Shown here: piece by piece, positions 15,726 to 22,104 of the stretch | Numbering within the stretch: position 1 is the first letter of the stretch | How the letters are laid out: every line of letters begins with the position of its first letter | NCBI GenBank assembly: GCA_965649055.1 | Contig: CBFGJG010000008.1 | Location: 1-22,104 of the forward strand | Direction: 5' to 3' | Source: a candidate division WOR-3 bacterium | GTDB lineage: Bacteria > Hydrothermota > UBA3072 > B12-G15 | DNA: 22,104 bases | The notes under the pieces: model-generated | What the model was told of the DNA's origin: nothing | Seen by the model: the letters and a program-made list of their open reading frames with translations, nothing else | Database searches by the model: none | Translations under genes and position numbers: made by a program

Positions 15726-17706
15726 AACCTGATACAGAAATCACAAGAAAGATTATAGATACCTTCTGAATCCCATATATTGGTAATAAAAATAATGAAA
15801 CAAAGAAAGAACCAAAAGAAGCACCTGCGAGGTCCAGAAAATATATCTTTGCTGCTTCTTTCCTTTTTTCCCTTCCAGAAATGAATGTAGAACAGGAGTA
15901 AGCAAGGCCAACTGAAAAACCTGTTAGGAAATTTATTATAAAAGAAATGATAATATTAAAACCTTTTAATGGAATTAGGATTATAAATACATAGATAAAT
16001 GAAAGAATTAAAAAAACAACATTTAAATAATAATCCTTTGTTTTTTTCTCAAAAAAGAACCCACCTGTTGCAATTCCGAGCATAAAAGAACCAATAATTG
16101 CACTTACATACTGGTATAAAGAACCATTTATAGACTGAAACAGGAATAGTATTATTATCTCTGTAGAGATTCCAAGAAAACCAATTAAAAATACATTATA
16201 AAGAATATTTTTTCTTATAAGTGGAATTGAAAAGAAAGCTATAAAAATATAGAACGGAATTTTTTCAACAAATTTCAAAATCTTGAAAAAACCTTCATTA
16301 TATTTTAATGCAAAATATTTAACAAAAAGATAGAAAAGAATTGGGTTCTTGATTGTTGATATTTTAAAATCACCTGAAATAATATCAGAGAAGATTTTTG
16401 CCCTCTCGATAAGAAATTCCAGATATGATAAATTTAAATATTTGAATTCATAATCATCCAATCTTTTTTTTATCTCTTCTTTACTGATAAAAAAAGGAGT
16501 ATCACTGAATAAAAAAATTCCTGTTTCCATAGGGAAAAAAAGATAATGTTCAAACAATCTTAATCCAGTTTTTAAAACAGTTCCGTTTATCTCTTTTAAA
16601 CAATCATCAAGATAAATATCGGAAGATGGAATCTTCAAAACAATTATACCATCCTTTTTTAGGTATTCTTTTATCGATTGAAGAAACTCAAGTGTATAAA
16701 ACCTGTTATTAGAAATGTTATATGGTAATCCCGAATTTATGAATATGAAATCGTATTTCTTTTTATCAGAAAGGGTTAAAGGGTCTTTAAATATCCAGTT
16801 TATATTTTGGGGATAATAATCTATTAAATTTTTGTCATAAACCACGATATTTAATCTGCCAAATTTTATTAACCTTTCAGATTCGGAAGGTGTAGGAAAT
16901 CCAATTGATAAAATTTCATTTTCTTTATTGCTTCTTAAAGTAAAAGGTATAAGTTGCAATTCATCATAATATTCCTGTGGAAATGAAAATGATAGATTTC
17001 CATCTATAAATACAGATTTAACTCCGTCTCTTTCCCTAATAATATATCTATTGTACCTTGAATCAATCAATCTTAAAAACCTGTATCCAGCATATTCTCT
17101 TTCAATGCTCTTTACAACAATAAATTGAGTAAGAATAGCAGAAATTATAACAATCTGTAAAAAGTATATCTTTTTTTTCCCTCTGAATAGATATAAAAGG
17201 ATAATTAAACCATAAATTAAATAAAATCTGTAATTGAAATTAAAAAATCTAAGAAGAACATAGGAAAAGACAAAACCACCTGTAAGATTTCCCAAGGCTT
17301 CATAAATATAAGGCCTTATATAACCTTTCAAATCATCTTCTTTCCTCCATTCCCTTAATCCTCTTCCAAATAATGAACCAATTATCAGGAACAAAGGAGA
17401 AAAAATAACATAATATATTATCAAAACCTCACTTATTCTCAGAATTTCTCCAGGTGATTTGTTAAACAGAAAATGAATATTGTATGATATTAAGATGTAA
17501 AAAGGCAAAATTATAGTAAATATGGTTAAATATATAACAAAATTTCCTTTTCTTGAAGAGATAAAAACACCTAATCCATTAAATAAAAGCCATGAAGATA
17601 AGAAAATACAGGTTGAGATTTCATTGTTTGCTATAGATAAATATGTTTCTCTGATAAGTATTGATTGTGTTAAAAGACTTAAGAAACCAATGAAAAAAAG
17701 GAACAT
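15703..17706 (-). CDS. Membrane-bound spermidine-synthase-like protein (TM domain, methyltransferase-fold domain, TM domain), apparently degenerate
   Basis: N-terminal IGFLSLLTQSILIRE...NEIS, YIYEALGNLTGG, DSRYN, NRFYTLEF, LKKDGI, C-terminal EIIILFLFQSINGSLY and YFLDLAGASFG. Confidence 0.75.
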   Translation of the reverse strand: MFLFFIGFLSLLTQSILIRETYLSIANNEISTCIFLSSWLLFNGLGVFISSRKGNFVIYLTIFTIILPFYILISYNIHFLFNKSPGEILRISEVLIIYYVIFSPLFLIIGSLFGRGLREWRKEDDLKGYIRPYIYEALGNLTGGFVFSYVLLRFFNFNYRFYLIYGLIILLYLFRGKKKIYFLQIVIISAILTQFIVVKSIEREYAGYRFLRLIDSRYNRYIIRERDGVKSVFIDGNLSFSFPQEYYDELQLIPFTLRSNKENEILSIGFPTPSESERLIKFGRLNIVVYDKNLIDYYPQNINWIFKDPLTLSDKKKYDFIFINSGLPYNISNNRFYTLEFLQSIKEYLKKDGIIVLKIPSSDIYLDDCLKEINGTVLKTGLRLFEHYLFFPMETGIFLFSDTPFFISKEEIKKRLDDYEFKYLNLSYLEFLIERAKIFSDIISGDFKISTIKNPILFYLFVKYFALKYNEGFFKILKFVEKIPFYIFIAFFSIPLIRKNILYNVFLIGFLGISTEIIILFLFQSINGSLYQYVSAIIGSFMLGIATGGFFFEKKTKDYYLNVVFLILSFIYVFIILIPLKGFNIIISFIINFLTGFSVGLAYSCSTFISGREKRKEAAKIYFLDLAGASFGSFFVSLFLLPIYGIQKVSIIFLVISVSGFILRIIR

Positions 17707-19427
17707 TAAAGTTTAATTGATTCTAATATTCTATTTATCTCATCTTCAACAATAGGTGAATTGTTCAACGAAACCTTCATCATAATAATATCTATTTCAT
17801 CTTTTACGACCCTTGAAAAATTAACCTCAAAATTTTTAAATTTTTCAAGTATCTTATCATACATTTTTAATTTACTTTCATAGGAAAAAACAATGTATGT
17901 TCCAGTGTTCAATGTTTTATAGATTATGGAATTCCTCCCATTTTTTGCAGAAATAAATGCCTCGTAACCGAGAATAAGCAATGTTTCTATTCCTTCGTCT
18001 GTCTCTGAAACCCTGTAGAAATCTTCTATTGAATAATAAAATTCTTTAAGAACCTCATTTGGTATGTTTTTTATCTTACCGAGAATCCTTTCAAGCTTCT
18101 GAATATCCATTTTCCTCAATCCTTCATCGAAATCTCTCAGGTTAGGAAGATATTTTCTAAAAATCTCTTTAAGGCTATCGTATACTTCGCTAATATAATA
18201 GAAGCTTGGAGTTTCTACCCTTAAATCAATTATATGTATGGAAACATCTCCCAATATCTTTCTTGGATGAATACCCTGTAAAAAGAAAAAATTTGATTTA
18301 ACTATATCATCAATAATACCTGAGATTTCGAAACCTTTGTCAAGAACAAAGATAATTTTGAAATCTACATAGAATTCTGTGGATTCAAGAGAACTTATGT
18401 ATATCTGAGGTATTTTTGTCTTCTGGTATTCATTAACAAGGAATGGAATTATAGCTCTAATATAGTGTTCAAAACCACCTATGAAATCAATCCTTTCAAT
18501 CCTTTCAGTCCTTTTCTTTTTCCATAAAGATTTCAGCGTTGATAATATTTTGCCAAATTTTATCTCATCTAAGGGTTTATCATCATTATCAGTGATTTCA
18601 AGTCTAACCACATAAACACCATCTTTAGTGGTAAATTCTTTATTATATTTAACCTTAAAAAGGCCAATTGAATAAGAAAGTGATTCCAATATATCTTTCA
18701 GGTTCAAATCCCTTTCAAAAGAGGCAATTGTTATTCCAGTTAAATCTTCAAAAGTGGTCTTTATATTTTTTATCCATATCTGAAGTTCTCCTCTTGAATC
18801 CCTAACATTTTTTATGAGTTTTGCATTTTGAATAATTTGTTCTGCAAGGTCCTCCACACTTCTCTGTTCAATGTATGCCCTTGACCTTGACGCAAAAAAT
18901 TTAAAAACCTCTCCTTCAGGGCTTAGTAATTCATTCAAGAATTCTCTTTCTGCCTTTTTTTCAATAATATCTACAACCTTTGAGTATATTTCAAGCCTTT
19001 TAGTCTCCTGGGAAAGCAACATCTTCTTTGCAACACTACCAATAGATATATATCTTATGTTATCAATAATCTCCTGTCTTTCTCTTAGGAATTTATTTAA
19101 TTCTTCATTATCTTCAATCTTTATAACGATAAGGAGCAGACCAAGTTTCTTATCTTCATATTCAATGATAAATCCTTTCTCGTAATAAATATTCCAACCT
19201 TTCTCATGGAAAGCACCTGTTATTGCATCTGAAAGACCGGGCCAATCAGAAGCAATTATCCCAACATCGACTGGTATAGGAAATTTTTTTTTCGATGGAA
19301 TCTTGGATGAATATGTCTGTATTCCACCTTCTTTAATCCATAGCTCAAGGAGATTTCTTATAACGGTATTTTCCCTTTTTTCAGGATAAAATTTTTTTAT
19401 AGAAAGTAGTATCTTATCAAAATCCAT
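17706..19427 (-). CDS. Hypothetical protein with repeated ACT-like domains
   Basis: 573-aa ORF. VGIIASDWPGLSDAITGAFHEKGWNI resembles the ACT signature of GlnD-type domains; second unit ...FTTKDGVYVVRLEITDNDDKPL. TAATG coupling to the next gene. Confidence 0.6.
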   Translation of the reverse strand: MDFDKILLSIKKFYPEKRENTVIRNLLELWIKEGGIQTYSSKIPSKKKFPIPVDVGIIASDWPGLSDAITGAFHEKGWNIYYEKGFIIEYEDKKLGLLLIVIKIEDNEELNKFLRERQEIIDNIRYISIGSVAKKMLLSQETKRLEIYSKVVDIIEKKAEREFLNELLSPEGEVFKFFASRSRAYIEQRSVEDLAEQIIQNAKLIKNVRDSRGELQIWIKNIKTTFEDLTGITIASFERDLNLKDILESLSYSIGLFKVKYNKEFTTKDGVYVVRLEITDNDDKPLDEIKFGKILSTLKSLWKKKRTERIERIDFIGGFEHYIRAIIPFLVNEYQKTKIPQIYISSLESTEFYVDFKIIFVLDKGFEISGIIDDIVKSNFFFLQGIHPRKILGDVSIHIIDLRVETPSFYYISEVYDSLKEIFRKYLPNLRDFDEGLRKMDIQKLERILGKIKNIPNEVLKEFYYSIEDFYRVSETDEGIETLLILGYEAFISAKNGRNSIIYKTLNTGTYIVFSYESKLKMYDKILEKFKNFEVNFSRVVKDEIDIIMMKVSLNNSPIVEDEINRILESIKL

Positions 19428-19459
19428 AAAAATAAAAAGGGGTGGTTACCCACCCCTTT

Positions 19460-19461
<2 letters not shown>
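19428..19461 (-). terminator. Intrinsic terminator after the ferredoxin gene
   Basis: On the minus strand: GGGGTGG-GTAA-CCACCCC (19456-19439, GNRA loop) followed by TTTTTATTTTT. A/T tracts on both sides. Confidence 0.85.
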
Positions 19462-19702
<241 letters not shown>

Positions 19703-19704
19703 GT

Positions 19705-20904
19705 TCAATTTTTAAAAACTTTCTTAATTTTTTCAAATGCCCAGTCAATCTCATCTTCTTTTATCACAAGTGGTGGAGCAAATCTCAAAACAAAATCATG
19801 CGTCTCTTTACAAAGAATACCTTCGTCTTTTAACGCCTCAGCGTATTTCCTTGCTGGTTCTTTTAGTTCAACACCTATAAGCAATCCTCTACCTCTTACC
19901 TCTTTTATCATACTTGATTTTAAAGTTCTAAGTTTCTTCATAAAATAGTCTCCGAGTCTTGAAGCCCTTTCAGGTAATTTATATTTTTCTATAACCTCGA
20001 TTGATTTCAGGGCAACTGCACAGGCAAACGGATTACCACCAAATGTTGAACCATGGTCACCCGGTTTAAAAACCCCGAGGATATCACTTGAACCACAGAC
20101 AGCAGAGATTGGAACAATCCCGCCACCAAGAGCCTTACCAAGTATTATCATATCTGGTTTTGCATCTTCCCATTCCCACGCAAACATCTTACCTGTTCTT
20201 CCAAGACCTGTCTGTATTTCATCAAGTATGAATAGTGCATTATTCTTTTTGCACAAATCTTTTACCTTTTTCAAATAACCCTTATCAGGAATAATAATTC
20301 CGCCTTCGCCCTGTATTGGTTCTATTAAAACACCTATCGTGTTTTCATTGAAAGCATCTTTAAGAGCATTAATGTCGTTATAAGGAACAAGCTTGAATCC
20401 CTCAGTGAATGGGCCAAATCCATCTTTATATTGTTTCTCAGATGAAAAAGATATTATTGTTATTGTTCTACCATGAAAATTATTCTCAAAAACAATTATC
20501 TCCCCTTTATACTTGGGAATACCCTTCTTAAGATAACCCCATTTTCTTACAGCCTTTATTGCTGTCTCAACTGCCTCGGCACCTGTATTCATTGGAAGGG
20601 CCATTTCCATACCGGTAAGTTCACAGATTTTTTTCAAGAACAAAGGAAGTTTGTCATTATGGAATGCCCTTGAAGTGAGTGTAAGTTTTGTAATTTGCTC
20701 TTTTGCAGCATTAATTATATCTGAATGACAATGGCCCTGATTTAAAGCAGAATATGCACTGAGCATATCCATATACTTTTTTCCGTCTACATCCCAAACC
20801 CAGACACCTTCACCTTTCTCAATCACAACAGGTAACGGATGATAATTGTGTGCTCCATACTTATCGTTCATCTTTAATAGTTCTTCACTCGTGAATTTTC
20901 TCAT
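19705..20904 (-). CDS. rocD: Ornithine--oxo-acid aminotransferase
   Basis: GAHNYHPLPVV, LSAYSALNQGH, LTLTSRAF, PMNTGAEAVE, FHGRT, DEIQTGLGRTG, LGKALGGG (PLP Lys), HGSTFGGNP. Confidence 0.95.
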   Translation of the reverse strand: MRKFTSEELLKMNDKYGAHNYHPLPVVIEKGEGVWVWDVDGKKYMDMLSAYSALNQGHCHSDIINAAKEQITKLTLTSRAFHNDKLPLFLKKICELTGMEMALPMNTGAEAVETAIKAVRKWGYLKKGIPKYKGEIIVFENNFHGRTITIISFSSEKQYKDGFGPFTEGFKLVPYNDINALKDAFNENTIGVLIEPIQGEGGIIIPDKGYLKKVKDLCKKNNALFILDEIQTGLGRTGKMFAWEWEDAKPDMIILGKALGGGIVPISAVCGSSDILGVFKPGDHGSTFGGNPFACAVALKSIEVIEKYKLPERASRLGDYFMKKLRTLKSSMIKEVRGRGLLIGVELKEPARKYAEALKDEGILCKETHDFVLRFAPPLVIKEDEIDWAFEKIKKVFKN

Positions 20905-20915
20905 AGTTCCTCCTT

Positions 20916-21812
20916 TTATAAATTTAACATTTTTTCAATAGATTCTCTTGCTCTTTTTATGATATCTTCTTTTAACTCAATCCTAAAAATAAGTTTTTCA
21001 AGGGAATTCAGCAATGAATCTAAATTTATTTTTTTCATATTCACGCAGATAGCACCATTAACTGTAAAAAACTCCTTTTCAGGGTTTTCTTTTTTTAATC
21101 TATGCAAAATTCCCTCTTCTGTTCCTATAATAAATCTTTTATTTTTAATAGATTGGGAAAGCCTTATTATACCACTTGTGCTCGCAACTTCATCAGCAAT
21201 ATCAATAACTTCAGGAGGGCATTCAGGATGAACCAATATCTTTGCATCAGGATATTTTTCCTTTAATCTTAAAATCTTATCCTTACTTATAAATTCATTA
21301 TGAATTGGGCAAGAGCCATCCCATATAATAAGCTCTTTCTTTGTAAATCTTTTTACAAATGAACCGAGATTTTTATCAGGCAGGAAAACAACCTTATCTG
21401 TTTTTGCACTTTCAACAACCTTTAATGCGTTTGAAGAAGTGCAACATATATCAACCTCTGCCTTCACCTCTGCACTTGTGTTAATATACGCAACAAAAGT
21501 AGCATCTGGATATCTTTCCCTTAACTCCCTTATATCTTCTGGTTTTACAGTATCTGCAAGAGGGCATCCTGCATCCATTTCCGGGATAAGAACCACTTTA
21601 TCGGGAGATAATATCTTTGCTGTCTCTGCCATAAATCTGACACCGCAAAACACTATTATATCTTTATCTGTTTCTTTTGCACTTCTTGACAGTTCAAGTG
21701 AATCACCAACAAAATCCGCGATATCTTGAATCTCTGGTATTTGGTAATTATGAGCAAGAATCAGTGCGTTTAAATTTTTTTTTCTTTCTAATATCTTCTG
21801 GACGATATTCAT
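20916..21812 (-). CDS. nadA: Quinolinate synthase
   Basis: ILAHNYQ, GDSLELS, FCGVRFMAE, AGCPLA, YINTSAEVKA, CTSSNA, GSCPIH, VHPEC, ICVNMK. Confidence 0.97.
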   Translation of the reverse strand: MNIVQKILERKKNLNALILAHNYQIPEIQDIADFVGDSLELSRSAKETDKDIIVFCGVRFMAETAKILSPDKVVLIPEMDAGCPLADTVKPEDIRELRERYPDATFVAYINTSAEVKAEVDICCTSSNALKVVESAKTDKVVFLPDKNLGSFVKRFTKKELIIWDGSCPIHNEFISKDKILRLKEKYPDAKILVHPECPPEVIDIADEVASTSGIIRLSQSIKNKRFIIGTEEGILHRLKKENPEKEFFTVNGAICVNMKKINLDSLLNSLEKLIFRIELKEDIIKRARESIEKMLNL

Positions 21813-21818
21813 AACTTC

Positions 21819-21846
21819 ATTATAACAATATTATTATAAAAGTCAA
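21819..21846 (-). promoter_or_regulatory. Near-consensus sigma70 promoter for nadA-rocD (probably leaderless)
   Basis: Minus strand TTGACT 21846-21841, 16 bp spacer, TATAAT 21824-21819, 6 nt (GAAGTT), ATG 21812. No SD. Confidence 0.8.
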
Positions 21847-21848
21847 CA

Positions 21849-22104
21849 TTATAAAATCTCTGCATCTTTCTCTCCGTCCGAAAATCTTATCTTTATAAAG
21901 TCTTTCCTTTCAAGTCTTTTTGAACTCTTTATAACATCTTTACCCTTAAAAACTATACTGTATCCTTTTTTAAGTATATTCTCAGGTGATAAAGAATTCA
22001 ATCTTTTCTCAAGGTAATCTATTGATTCAGATTTTTTCTGGATTATCCTTGAAATCTCCCTGTTCATACTTTTTGAAATTTTTTCCAAATAATTTCTTCT
22101 ATCA
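21849..22104 (-). CDS. xseA: Exodeoxyribonuclease VII large subunit, C-terminal part (5' end beyond the window)
   Basis: Frame is open to the window edge. C-terminal signature LNSLSPENILKKGYSIV...IKIRFSDG. Confidence 0.88.
   Translation of the reverse strand, partial: DRRNYLEKISKSMNREISRIIQKKSESIDYLEKRLNSLSPENILKKGYSIVFKGKDVIKSSKRLERKDFIKIRFSDGEKDAEIL

Overview
AT-rich, gene-dense bacterial chromosomal segment. I saw no mobile element, CRISPR array or RNA gene. The gene content suggests an anaerobic peptide/amino-acid fermenter (inference). From left to right: a C25 (gingipain-family) peptidase on the minus strand running off the left edge, missed by the ORF track; a GlmU-like gene, asd and a HemN-like radical SAM gene; a YbaK-family gene and hypF; a sulfur-relay operon (tusA, DsrE2-type, dsrE, dsrF, dsrH) ending in a GNAT-like gene; and an operon of gcvPB, a small hypothetical gene, a GlmL/MutL-like ASKHA ATPase, a nested lipoyl-like/KOW protein and a membrane protein. 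Converging on the minus strand are xseA (partial), nadA, rocD, an Asp-ligated ferredoxin, an ACT-repeat-like protein and a degenerate membrane-bound spermidine-synthase-like protein. The best candidate for an uncharacterised system is the orphan GlmL-like ATPase module with no B12 mutase subunits beside it, co-transcribed with a lone gcvPB. Also notable: six sigma70-like promoters all read with a 16-bp spacer, three of which appear to give leaderless mRNAs.
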